The position numbers and the translations under genes are program-made. This document shows positions 52,630 to 62,577 of a DNA stretch of 64,000 nt, in pieces. Source of the stretch: an uncultured Acidobacteriota bacterium (lineage in GTDB: Bacteria; Acidobacteriota; UBA6911); contig CAWJKZ010000013.1 of the NCBI GenBank assembly GCA_963843575.1, positions 512,001 to 576,000 of the forward strand, in the 5' to 3' direction. The notes below the pieces were generated by a model. That model did no database searches and was not told the origin of the DNA. It was given only the letters and a program-made list of their open reading frames with translations. The number at the start of each line of letters is the position of its first letter. The first letter of the stretch is position 1.

Positions 52630-53589
52630 CTACGACTCGCCGCGCAGTTCGCGGGCGATCTGCTGCGCGACCGCCTGCGCCTTCGGGAGTTCCTGGGGGG
52701 CGAAGGAGATCGCGCCCACCACCGGGTGGCCGCCGCCGCCATACCGTTCGCACAGCGCCGCGAGGTTGTGGGTGCGCGGGGTCGGGCTCCAGGGGTTGGA
52801 GCCGACGGAGACCTTGGACCGGAAGCTCGACAGGCTCACCCCGACGCAGTAGGTCGCCTGCGGGAAGAGGTAATAGGGGATGAACTTGTTGTAGCCCTCG
52901 AGTTCGAATTCGCTCACGTCGAAGTACACGGTCCCGTCCGCGCAATGCGCCTTGCGACGGATGATGTCGATGGAGCGGAGGTGCCGGTCGTACAACGGCC
53001 GGTATTCGGCTTGAACCCAGTCCTGCGCGATGATCTGATCGAGCGGCGTGCGCTGGAAATCGCCGATCAGCTTGTGAATGCGGTTGGAGTCGCGCACCCC
53101 CTCGATCACCAGCATGAGCTTCATCGCGGGCTCGCGCAGCTCGACAGCCGCACGCGCATCCTCGAATTGCGCGCCGTCGATGATGTCGGCCCAACGGACC
53201 AGCTCATCGAGGCTGTCGCAGTGGAAATTGTAATGGCGCCGCACCATCTCGGTGATGAACTTCGTGCAGGATCGGTAGGTCGGGTCGTGGTACTTGCGGC
53301 CGCTCGTGTCGGCGCGGAAGTGGGACTCGTCCTCGCGCGACAGGAACGCGCTTTGATGATGGTCGAACCACCAGGTCAGCCGCGGGTCGCTGGAGTACTT
53401 GAAATCGACGATCGCGTTCTCGTCGCCGTCGAACTTCACGTCGAGAAACAGCTGCCCGGCGCGGTGCGCCAGCCCCTCGTACTCAAACTCCGCTCCGCCG
53501 CGGACCGCCTCACGGTAGAACTCCGTGAACACGGCGGCGGATGCGAGACCGTCAAAGCAGTTGTCGTGATAGTAGATTTTCATTCTCAT
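52630..53589 (-). CDS. DHH-family phosphoesterase
   Basis: YHDNCFDG, IVDF, FDHH, C-terminal GGGH. Confidence 0.82.
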   Translation of the reverse strand: MRMKIYYHDNCFDGLASAAVFTEFYREAVRGGAEFEYEGLAHRAGQLFLDVKFDGDENAIVDFKYSSDPRLTWWFDHHQSAFLSREDESHFRADTSGRKYHDPTYRSCTKFITEMVRRHYNFHCDSLDELVRWADIIDGAQFEDARAAVELREPAMKLMLVIEGVRDSNRIHKLIGDFQRTPLDQIIAQDWVQAEYRPLYDRHLRSIDIIRRKAHCADGTVYFDVSEFELEGYNKFIPYYLFPQATYCVGVSLSSFRSKVSVGSNPWSPTPRTHNLAALCERYGGGGHPVVGAISFAPQELPKAQAVAQQIARELRGES

Positions 53590-53673
53590 ACGCTCTGGCG
53601 GTCAAAGGAGCAGTCAACGACCGAAGACAAAAGAACTTGCAACACTATCACATGCCCCCAGACAGCGCAACAA

Positions 53674-53753
53674 GTGGGCGGGGGTGGGGCGCCCCGGCCG
53701 CGCTGAGCCATCAGGCAAATCCGAGGGGCCGCGTCGGGGCCGACGCGGCCCAC
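53674..53753. repeat. GTGG-type REP-like inverted doublet, copy 2
   Basis: AAGTGGGCGGGG...TGAGCCA...ATCCGAGGGGCCGCGTCGGGGCCGACGCGGCCCAC. Shares ends and an internal word with 12990-13101. Confidence 0.6.
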
Positions 53754-53760
53754 TCCGGGT

Positions 53761-54940
53761 CTACCCGCCGAGGATGATCTTGGCGATGGTCTGCAGCTGC
53801 ATGTTGGAGGTGCCTTCGTAGATCTTCCCTATCTTGGCGTCGCGGTAATACTTCTCTGCGGGGAATTCGCGCGTGTAGCCGTAGCCGCCGAAAATCTCCA
53901 GGCTCCGGCTGGCGATGCGCTCGGCCACCTGCGAGGCGTGGAGCTTGGCCATGGCCGCCTCTTTCACGAAGGTCTTTCCCGCCATCTTCAACCGGGCCGC
54001 GTTGTACACGAGGAGCCTAGCCGCCTCGAGTTCGGTCGCCATCCCGGCCAGCTCGAACTGCACCGCCTGGAAGCTCGAGATGGCGCGGCCGAACTGCCGG
54101 CGCTCGCGGGCGTACCGGATCGCGTGCTCCAGCGCGCCTTGCGACACGCCCACCATCTGGGCGCCGATCCCGATCCTCCCTTCGTTCAGTGTTTCGATCG
54201 AGACCTTGTATCCGTTGCCGACATGGCCCAGGACACAGTCCGCCGCGACGAAGCAGCCCTCCAGGATCAGTTCGCAGGTGGAACTGGCCCGGATGCCGAG
54301 CTTGTCTTCTTTCTTGCCGACCGAGAAGCCGGGTGCATCCCGCTCGACAAGAAAGGCAGTTATGCCGCGGTACCCCGCTTCGGGGCGGGCGTTCGCGAAC
54401 ACAATGAAGATCCCGGCCTCGGCCGCGTTGGTGATCCAGAGCTTGCGACCCGTCAGCACGTACCCGCCGCCTTGCTCCTGCGCCCGCGTCGCGAGGGCGA
54501 ATGCGTCGCTGCCGGAGCCCGCCTCGGAGAGGGCGTAAGCCCCGACCGTGTCCCTCGAGAGGCGGGGGAGGTAGCGCTGCTTCTGCTCGCGGGTGCCCCA
54601 GCGCATGATCGCGTTGTTGACCAGCGTGTTCTGCACGTCGACGACGACACCCGCCGAGGCATCGACGCGGGACAACTCCTCGACGGCCTGCACTGCCATG
54701 AAGAACGTGCCCCCCGATCCGCCGAGCTCTTCCGGAACCCCGATTCCCATCAACCCAAGCTCGAAAAACCTGGCCTATCAGGTCCGCGGCCATGACGCCG
54801 TCGCGGTCCATCTCCGAGACACGGGGACGGACCTGCTCTTCGGCGAACTCCCGCACGGTCGAGCGAAACAACTCCTCGTCCTCGCTGAAGACGGTGAGCG
54901 GCGCGCCGCCGCCAGGCTCGGCACCTATGTCGATACCCAT
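53761..54940 (-). CDS. Short/branched-chain acyl-CoA dehydrogenase (frameshift near 54765)
   Basis: VEELSRVDAS...VDVQNTLV, YALSEAGSGSDAFAL, KEDKLGIRASST, LNEGRIGIGAQM, YRDAKIGKIYEGTSNMQL. Confidence 0.92.
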
Positions 54941-55034
54941 TTGACGACCCTCGAGAGAGGAGACGGTTTTGCGGCCCCGACACCCAGTGCCACGTGGGAC
55001 AGATCCTGCGCGCGGGCGTCGATGTCTCTTGCCG

Positions 55035-55718
55035 TCAGGCACCAAGGTTGCTGCGAAAAAATGCGACGGTCCGCTTCCAGGAGTCTTCCGCGGCTGCACG
55101 GTCGAATACCTCGGGGCGCTCGTCGTTGAAGAATGCGTGGCCAGCCTCGGGATAGATGTGAAACTCGTGCGCCTTCCCGAGCGCGGTCAGCTTGCGGTCA
55201 AGCTCCCGGACGGAGTCCGGCGTGACGAACCCGTCCCTGCCGGCGTAGAGGCCCAGCACTGGAGCGGACAGCGCTTGCAGATCGGGTTTCACTGTAGGGT
55301 GCCCGCCGTAAAACACCACGCAGGCGCTCAAGTCGCGGTTTTGGGATGCCGCAAAAAGCGAGAGCGCTCCCCCCATGCAGAAACCAACCGATCCGACCTT
55401 GCCCGTCAGGTTGCCTGGGTGTTCCTTCAGGTAGGAGACCGCGCCGGACAGATCATGCTCGGCATTTTCTATGTTCAGCGCCATCATCAGTTTGCCGGCC
55501 TCATCCGGCGACCGGGTGCTTTTGCCGTGATACAGGTCCGGGGCAAGGGCGAGAAAACCCTCGGCCGAAAAGCGGTCCGCCACAGCCTTGATGTGCGGCA
55601 CCAACCCCCACCACTCCTGGATAACCACGACCCCGGGGCCTACCGCGCCAGGCGGCAACGACAGATACCCGGATACGGTCCTCGAATTGCTCGGAAATGT
55701 AACCATTTCACCGGCCAT
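55035..55718 (-). CDS. Dienelactone hydrolase family protein
   Basis: VVIQEWWGL, APDLY, GFCMGG, AGHAFFN. Confidence 0.93.
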   Translation of the reverse strand: MAGEMVTFPSNSRTVSGYLSLPPGAVGPGVVVIQEWWGLVPHIKAVADRFSAEGFLALAPDLYHGKSTRSPDEAGKLMMALNIENAEHDLSGAVSYLKEHPGNLTGKVGSVGFCMGGALSLFAASQNRDLSACVVFYGGHPTVKPDLQALSAPVLGLYAGRDGFVTPDSVRELDRKLTALGKAHEFHIYPEAGHAFFNDERPEVFDRAAAEDSWKRTVAFFRSNLGA

Positions 55719-56075
55719 GTATCCTCCTAAATAGGTAGGCTGATTGGAATCCTCGTGCGGTCTCGGGCCGCGAGGGGGGTACAGGCCGAGCGAATCGTTT
55801 TTGTTTTATACCATTTAGCCGGTGATCACATCCAGTGCGAACTCGGCGCTCACCAGCCCTTTTTGCCGGCTGGGCACTCCGGCCGGACATTTTCGCACTC
55901 CCCCGGCTGGACCTTGACGTGAGCTCTTTTGACCGCACGTGTGAGCAGTACGGAACTGACTTGCAGCTCGACCACGCAGTATAAGAGGGATAGGAACATC
56001 CGTAATGTGAAGTCGCACGGTGCGTACATAGGGGTGAGACCGGCGGAGACCGGCTTCAGGAACGGAGTAAACAAA

Positions 56076-57606
56076 ATGGCACGGAGTCCCTGGTACCGCA
56101 GCACCAAGTACATATGGCTCGCGCTCCTGGTCACGGCGATCGTGCTCGGGTTCGGAGCCTACAAATTCTTCCCTGTCAAGGCGGACAAGTCTACCTACCT
56201 GCACGCCGCGATCGAGCGGGGCGACATCGTCATGCAGGTGGGAGCCACCGGCACCCTGGCGGCCGTCACTACGGTCCAGGTGGGGACGCAGGTCTCGGGG
56301 ACAATCGCCGAGCTCCACGCGGACTACAACAGCGAGGTCAAGAAGGGGCAACTGCTGGCCAAGCTCGACCCTCAACTCCTGCAGGCGCAGGTGCAGCAGC
56401 AGGAAGCGAATGTGCGCTCGGTGGAGGCAACCCTCAATGACGACACTGCCGGGATCGCGAGCAGCCGGGCCAACCTGGAAAAGGCCAAGGTCGACGTGCT
56501 CGACAAGCAACGCAAGTTGAAGCGGCAGAATGACTTGTTTGCCGATAAGCTCATCGCCCGGGACGATCTGGATACCGCACAGGCTGCGCTCGATGCAGCC
56601 GTCGCCAGCCAAAACGCGGCCCAGGCGCAGGTGCAGTCGTCGGAGGCGCGCTACAAGGCCGACCAAGCCCGTCTCGGCCAGGCACAGGCATCGCTGGATT
56701 CGGCGAAGGTCAACCTGGATCACACGGTCATAGCCAGCCCGATCTCCGGCACGATTATCTCCCGCAGTGTTGATGTCGGCCAGACGGTCGCGGCCAGCTT
56801 CTCCTCCCCAACGCTGTTTACCATTGCGGCGGATCTGACCAAGATGCAGGTAAACACGAATATCGACGAGGCGGATGTCGGGCGGATTGCGCAGGGTATG
56901 AAGGCTACTTTTACGGTGGACGCCTATCCGGGCGAAACCTTCGGCGGCACTATCAGCCAGATTCGCCTGGCCGCAACCACAGTCCAGAACGTCGTCACCT
57001 ACAACGCGATGATCGATGTACCCAACCCTCAGCTCAAACTGAAACCGGGCATGACCACGAACGTGAAGATCCTGATCAACAAGGCGGAGAACGTGCTGAG
57101 GATCCCTAACTCCGCACTCAGGTTCCGGCCCGGTCTTACGGAGCAGGAAATGGAGGCTGCCTTCAAAACGGCCGGGGAAGAGAAGTTTTGGTCCTTCTAC
57201 AAGAACACACTCGGGCAGTCGGGCCAGGCAAACGCCACAAACCGTCCCATTGGCAACGCCGGCCCAAGCGCCGGGAACCGGACCGGGGCGGGTTTCAGCT
57301 TTTCGGGCGGACAGGGGCGGGCCGCCAACGCCACGGGTTCCGGACGAGAGCAGTCTGCGAACCGCGGCGGGGTGCGCGGCCGTCGGGTCCCGATCTGGGT
57401 TGTGAATCCGGACAAATCGCTGCGACCCGTGGTTGTCCGGCTCGGGCTCACCGACGGTGTCCATACGCAGGTCGAGGAGGGAAAGTTGAAGGAAGGGGAC
57501 CAGATCGTCACCGGTTCGGACGAAGTCGCGAACCGCACGACTGCCCCGGCGGCCGCCCGGGCGCCGGGATTCGGCGGGGTTGGCATGGGCGGGGGAACGC
57601 CGCTAG
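56076..57606 (+). CDS. MacA-like efflux periplasmic adaptor subunit
   Basis: N-terminal TM, VQVGTQVSGTI, SPISGTII...VGQTVAASFSSPTLFTIA, IDEADVG, VDAYP, LKPGMT, IPNSALRF. Likely true end GGGRR* at TAG 57604-57606; one extra base fuses it to the next gene in the ORF track. Confidence 0.88.
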
Positions 57607-57620
57607 GGAAAGGAGCCCTC

Positions 57621-58415
57621 ATGAACCAAGCAGTTGGCCAGATGCACCAAGAGGCCGTGGTGGCCCGGCCAATCGGAACCCCAGTCATCAAGGTGGAGAA
57701 CCTGCATAAACTCTATGAGATGGGGGAAACGCGGGTTCATGCGCTCCGTGGCATTTCGCTGGAGATCGGACGCGGCGAGTTTGTCGCGATCATGGGCGCC
57801 TCGGGCTCGGGAAAATCCACGTTCATGAACCTGCTCGGGTGCCTGGACAAGCCGACCGAAGGCATTTACGAGTTGGAGGGCACTAATGTCGCCGAACTGT
57901 CCCGCGTCGAACTGGCGAGAATACGCAACGAACGAGTCGGTTTTATTTTCCAGGGATTCAATCTCCTGAGCAGGACGAGCGCAATCGAAAACGTCGAACT
58001 CCCCCTCATTTACGCCGGGGTGGGCTCCCGCGAGCGCCGCAGGCGCTCCCTGGAGGCGCTCGCCAGGGTCGGGTTGAGCGATCGGAGTCACCATGTCCCC
58101 GCGCAGCTCTCGGGAGGCCAGCAGCAGCGTGTCGCCATCGCGCGCTCGCTGGTCAACAACCCTTCGGTCCTGCTGGCCGACGAGCCGACGGGAAACCTCG
58201 ACAGCCGCACGAGTGTCGAGATCATGCAGATTTTCCAGGAATTAAACGAACGGGACAGCCTGACGATCATTCTGGTGACCCACGAACCCGACATCGCCAG
58301 GTTTGCGAAGCGGAATATCACGTTCCGCGACGGGAACATCACGCGCGACCATGAGGTCCAGGATCGGCTGATTGCCTCGGAGGTCCTGGCCGACATGCCC
58401 CGGTTGGAGGACTGA
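57621..58415 (+). CDS. MacB/LolD-type ABC transporter ATP-binding protein
   Basis: RBS AAAGGAG. GASGSGKST, LSGGQQQRVAIAR, LADEPTGNLDS, VTHEPD. Confidence 0.92.
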   Translation: MNQAVGQMHQEAVVARPIGTPVIKVENLHKLYEMGETRVHALRGISLEIGRGEFVAIMGASGSGKSTFMNLLGCLDKPTEGIYELEGTNVAELSRVELARIRNERVGFIFQGFNLLSRTSAIENVELPLIYAGVGSRERRRRSLEALARVGLSDRSHHVPAQLSGGQQQRVAIARSLVNNPSVLLADEPTGNLDSRTSVEIMQIFQELNERDSLTIILVTHEPDIARFAKRNITFRDGNITRDHEVQDRLIASEVLADMPRLED

Positions 58416-59635
58416 TGCTATTCCTGCTGACCATTACCCGCGTCGCGCTGCAAGCGCTCGCGCGGAACAAAATGCGATCGATCCTGACCATGCTCGGGAT
58501 CATTATCGGGGTGGGGGCCGTGATCGCGATGGTGAGCATCGGGCAGGGCGCCCAGGCGACGATCTCGGAGCAGATAGCCAGCGCCGGGAGCAACATGCTG
58601 TTTGTGCAAGCCGGCTCGTGGAACCGCGGAGGGGTTCGTTCGGGGCAGGGCACGTCCAGCACCCTTACGGTAGAAGACTATCTGGCCATTCAAAGGGAGT
58701 GTCCGGCCGTACGATTGGCATCCCCGCTCGTGCGTACGAGCGCCGGCGTGATTTTCGGCAACCAGAACTGGGCCACCAGTATCCAGGGTGTCAACGTCAA
58801 CTTTCCCGCAATCAAGCTCTGGGAAGTCGAAAGCGGCTCGTTCTTCACGGAGCAGGAGGAATCCTCGGCCCAGCGTGTCTGCGTCCTGGGGAAAACCGTC
58901 GTCGACAACCTCTTCGCCGGGCAGGACCCCGTCGGCCAGGAAATAAGGATCCGCAACGCTCCGTGGCGCGTCATTGGCGTACTGAAATCCAAAGGGCAGA
59001 GCGGGATGGGGCAGGACCAGGATGACACGATCATCGCGCCATACACGACCGTTCAGAAGAAGCTGCTGGGCATCACCTTTATCCACAGCGTAATGGTATC
59101 GGCCGTATCTGAAAGTGCCACGGCCGCCGCGGAGGAGGAGGTCACCGAACTGCTCCGGCAGCGACATCGGATTCCCGCCAGCGAAGAGCCAGACTTTTTC
59201 GTGCGCAATCTCTCGGACATCGCCGAGCTGGCCAGCAGCTCAAACCGTGTCATGACACTTCTGCTAGCGAGCATCGCGTTTGTCAGTCTCGTGGTCGGAG
59301 GCATCGGGGTGATGAACATCATGCTCGTTTCGGTCACCGAACGGACCCGTGAAATAGGTATCCGGATGTCGGTGGGAGCGACGGGCGGCGACATACAGCT
59401 GCAGTTCCTGACGGAAGCGGTAGTGCTGGCGGTTCTGGGCGGGCTGGCCGGGGTTGCAGCCGGGATCGCCGCATCCACGATCATCTCGGACTCCCTGGGG
59501 TGGCCCACGCTCGTCTCGACTGCTGCGATCGCGATGGCGTTCACGTTCGCGGGAGCGATCGGGATCGGAGCGGGCTGGTACCCAGCTCTGAAAGCTTCCC
59601 GCATGGATCCGATCGAGGCACTGCGCTACGAATAG
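58415..59635 (+). CDS. MacB-type ABC transporter permease
   Basis: RNKMRSILTMLGIIIGV, GGIGVMNIMLVSVTERTREIGIR, QFLTEA, PALKASRMDPIEALRYE. Confidence 0.94.
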   Translation: MLFLLTITRVALQALARNKMRSILTMLGIIIGVGAVIAMVSIGQGAQATISEQIASAGSNMLFVQAGSWNRGGVRSGQGTSSTLTVEDYLAIQRECPAVRLASPLVRTSAGVIFGNQNWATSIQGVNVNFPAIKLWEVESGSFFTEQEESSAQRVCVLGKTVVDNLFAGQDPVGQEIRIRNAPWRVIGVLKSKGQSGMGQDQDDTIIAPYTTVQKKLLGITFIHSVMVSAVSESATAAAEEEVTELLRQRHRIPASEEPDFFVRNLSDIAELASSSNRVMTLLLASIAFVSLVVGGIGVMNIMLVSVTERTREIGIRMSVGATGGDIQLQFLTEAVVLAVLGGLAGVAAGIAASTIISDSLGWPTLVSTAAIAMAFTFAGAIGIGAGWYPALKASRMDPIEALRYE

Positions 59636-59681
59636 ATCGGGCCCCCGGGGCAGCCCCCGCCCCGCGGTAACCGTCAGTGCG

Positions 59682-59711
59682 TTGACACCCGCACCGCGAA
59701 CGCCCTATAAT
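59682..59711 (+). promoter_or_regulatory. Consensus sigma70 promoter for the GWxTD gene
   Basis: TTGACA-N18-TATAAT, 36 nt upstream of the ATG. Confidence 0.8.
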
Positions 59712-59747
59712 TCCACGGTAAAGCACCCCTCTCTATTGGAGTAGTCC

Positions 59748-61424
59748 ATGCGCAGCAAAGTCCGTGCACTCGTTTTCGTTCTCATCCTTGGTCTTGGCGT
59801 CGGGATAGCCTACTCGGGCCCAAGTCCGTCTCCCCAGAAGGCGACAAAAAAGCCGGACAAAAAGGCAAGCTCCGAGGGGAGTCGAGGCGAGTACTACAAG
59901 AAGTGGCTGGATGAGGATGTCACCTACATCATCTCCGAGGACGAAAAGAAGGTCTTCAAGGACCTCAAAACCGACGAAGAGCGCGAGAGCTTCATCGAGC
60001 AGTTCTGGGCGCGGCGGGATCCGGATCCGCGCACACCCGACAACGAGTTCAAGGAAGAGCACTACCTGCGAATAGCATACGCCAACGAGCGCTTCGCCTC
60101 CGGCATCCCAGGCTGGAAGACAGACCGCGGGCGCATCTACATTACGTTTGGCAAGCCCGCCGAGATCGAATCGCACCCTTCGGGCGGGAGCTACAATCGC
60201 GAAGTCTGGGAGGGCGGGGGCACGACGGCCACGTTCCCGTTTGAGCGCTGGCGCTACCGCCACATCGACGGCATCGGCGACGATATCGAGATCGAATTCG
60301 TCGACAAGACCATGAGCGGCGAATACCGCATGGCGATGAGCCCCGACGAAAAGGACGCCCTCATGATGGTCCCGGGAGCCGGGTTGACCTGGGCCGAAGA
60401 AATGGGCATGTCGAAGAAGGAGGACCGGGCCTATTTCAACCCGAGCGTCGCCAACGACCCGACTGCCGGCGGCGGCTACATGCGGGCCAAGGACATGCCG
60501 TTCGCCCGCATGGAACAGTACTTCAACCTGCAGCGCCCCCCGCAGGTCAAGTTCGAGGACCTGAAGAGCATCGTTACGACGCGCGTAAGCTACAACCAGC
60601 TGCCATACGAGATGCGCGCGGACTTCATCCGCCTCTCGTCGGACAAGGTCCTGGTCCCCATCACCATAGAGCTGCAGAACCGCGACCTGGAGTTCAAAAA
60701 GGAGCTCGACTTCAACCGGGCCTCCGTCAACGTCTACGGCATCGTCACCGGGTTGAACAACCGGATCCTGGCCGAATTCGAACACACGATCCAAACCGAA
60801 TATATCGATCAGTTTTTCGAGCAGGGGAAACAGAACCGCTCGATGTACCAGAAGATCGTCGCACTGCCGCCCGGTCAGCGTTTCAAGTTGGACCTGGTCT
60901 TGAAGGACATCAACAGCGGCAACGTCGGCGTGCTCAGCCGCGGGCTGGTGGTGCCGAAATTCGACCCGGAAACCCTCCAGGCCAGCACGATCATTCTGGC
61001 CAACAAGGTCGAGCCGGTCACGAACACCTCCGACCAGCTCGAGCAATACGTTATCGGGGACCTCAAGATCCAGCCGAACGTGAAGTCCGAGTACGTCGAT
61101 GGCCAGTACCTGATTCCGTACATGCAGGTCTACAACGCCACCCTCGACCAGGCCAGCCTGAAACCTTCGCTGGAAATCACGTACACCCTGAAGTCCGGAG
61201 GAAAGGTGATCGAGGCGCTCGAGGATCTGGCCGGGAATTCCATCCAGTTCTTCTCGGGACAGCGCGTGGTCGTGATCGGCAAGATCCCGCTGAAGGCGGT
61301 TGCGCCCGGTAAATACGCGCTCGAGATGAAGGTGGTGGACCGGATCTCCAACCGCACGCTGGTGAGCTCGGCCGACTTCAGGGTCAGGGAGCCGGTCGTG
61401 CGGGCGGCGTCGGCAGCGAACTAA
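59748..61424 (+). CDS. GWxTD domain-containing exported protein
   Basis: Signal peptide. KWLDEDVTYII...FIEQFWARRDPDP.TPDNEFKEEHYLRIAYANERF...PGWKTDRGRIYITFGKP. Confidence 0.92.
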   Translation: MRSKVRALVFVLILGLGVGIAYSGPSPSPQKATKKPDKKASSEGSRGEYYKKWLDEDVTYIISEDEKKVFKDLKTDEERESFIEQFWARRDPDPRTPDNEFKEEHYLRIAYANERFASGIPGWKTDRGRIYITFGKPAEIESHPSGGSYNREVWEGGGTTATFPFERWRYRHIDGIGDDIEIEFVDKTMSGEYRMAMSPDEKDALMMVPGAGLTWAEEMGMSKKEDRAYFNPSVANDPTAGGGYMRAKDMPFARMEQYFNLQRPPQVKFEDLKSIVTTRVSYNQLPYEMRADFIRLSSDKVLVPITIELQNRDLEFKKELDFNRASVNVYGIVTGLNNRILAEFEHTIQTEYIDQFFEQGKQNRSMYQKIVALPPGQRFKLDLVLKDINSGNVGVLSRGLVVPKFDPETLQASTIILANKVEPVTNTSDQLEQYVIGDLKIQPNVKSEYVDGQYLIPYMQVYNATLDQASLKPSLEITYTLKSGGKVIEALEDLAGNSIQFFSGQRVVVIGKIPLKAVAPGKYALEMKVVDRISNRTLVSSADFRVREPVVRAASAAN

Positions 61425-61452
61425 CCCAACCGTCGACGGTTTCCGCAACATG

Positions 61453-61486
61453 AGAGCGTCCGGGCTTCGTCCGGACGCTCTTTTTT
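61453..61486 (+). terminator. Intrinsic terminator after the GWxTD gene
   Basis: AGAGCGTCCGG-GCTTCGT-CCGGACGCTCT-TTTTT. Confidence 0.85.
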
Positions 61487-61520
61487 GTCTCACTCGGGTT
61501 GACCAACGCCGTCCGCCTCG

Positions 61521-62408
61521 CTATTGCGCACCTTTGACGCGCATGCGGAGCGAGTAAACGGCGGTGCTGGCGGTGATGAACAGGGTTCGGCGGTCTTTGC
61601 CGCCGAAGGTGACGTTGGCCGTCCAGCGCTGATCCACGTCGATGTGCTCGATCTGCCTGCCTGTCGCGTCGAAGACAGTCACACCCTTGCCGGTCAGGTA
61701 GAGGTTCCCTTTTTCGTCCAGCGTCATCCCATCGGAGCCAAGGTCGCAGAACAACCTCTTGCCGGCGAGGGAACCGTCGTGCCGGATTTCATACGCCCAG
61801 GTTTTTCCGGCGCCGATGTCGGAGACGTAGAGCGTCTTGCCCTCCGGGGTACCGACGATGCCGTTGGGTTGCATCATGTCGTCGATCACGCGGGTGAGGG
61901 ATCTCCGGTCGGGCGAGAGCCGGTACACGTGCTGTCCGTCCTGCTCCATCGGCCCCCGGTTCCAGTAGGGGCGTTTGTACAGGGGGTCCGTGAAATAGGC
62001 GGCGTTGTCAGGCGCTACCCACACGTCGTTGGGACCGTTGAGCAGTCTGCCGCCGTACTCCTTGACCAGCACTGTGACCTTGCCGCTGCGATCGATGGCC
62101 CAGAGTTCGTTCTTCTCGTCGGCGCAGGCGAGCAGGGCTCCGTGGCGGTCGAACTCGAGTCCGTTTGAGCGGCCGGAAGGTGCCAGGAACGTGCTCAGCC
62201 TGCCCGCCACGCTCCACTTCAGGATGCGGTCGTTCGGTTGATCGGTGAAAAACACGTTGCCTTGCCTGTCCGCGGCGGGCCCTTCGGTGAACTTGAATCC
62301 GTCGGCCAGCTTTTCCAGTTTTGCCCCGGGGGCAACGATTCCATCTGTGGCCGGCGCCAGGGCACACCCCAGGATGAAGGACACCCATGTCATTGTTCGC
62401 ATCGCCAC
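61521..62408 (-). CDS. SMP-30/gluconolactonase family protein, exported
   Basis: GFKFTEGP, SNGL, LNGPND, YFTDP, QPNGI, GSDGMTLD, ANVTFGG. Confidence 0.92.
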   Translation of the reverse strand: MAMRTMTWVSFILGCALAPATDGIVAPGAKLEKLADGFKFTEGPAADRQGNVFFTDQPNDRILKWSVAGRLSTFLAPSGRSNGLEFDRHGALLACADEKNELWAIDRSGKVTVLVKEYGGRLLNGPNDVWVAPDNAAYFTDPLYKRPYWNRGPMEQDGQHVYRLSPDRRSLTRVIDDMMQPNGIVGTPEGKTLYVSDIGAGKTWAYEIRHDGSLAGKRLFCDLGSDGMTLDEKGNLYLTGKGVTVFDATGRQIEHIDVDQRWTANVTFGGKDRRTLFITASTAVYSLRMRVKGAQ

Positions 62409-62577
62409 TCCCCCGCCGGCCCCCTGCCGGGTCAGGCCCTTGAGTGTTGGCTCGGAGATCGCGTACCGCCGCTGTTTCGCTGGGACCGGAGCAGTTGCGC
62501 CGCCACACCCGATAACAGGACCTGACCGCTCAGGCTGCCGATGATAAAATGGGAGACTATTTTAACAGGATGGGGGA

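Noticed and set aside
55929-58415. Apparent 828-aa fusion of a MacA-like adaptor with the ABC ATPase
   Set aside because: At the junction GGGGGAACGCCGCTAGGGAAAGGAGCCCTCATG, removing one base gives GGGRR-stop followed by a clean AAAGGAG RBS and ATG. A periplasmic domain fused directly to a cytoplasmic ATPase is also topologically implausible. Most likely an indel error.
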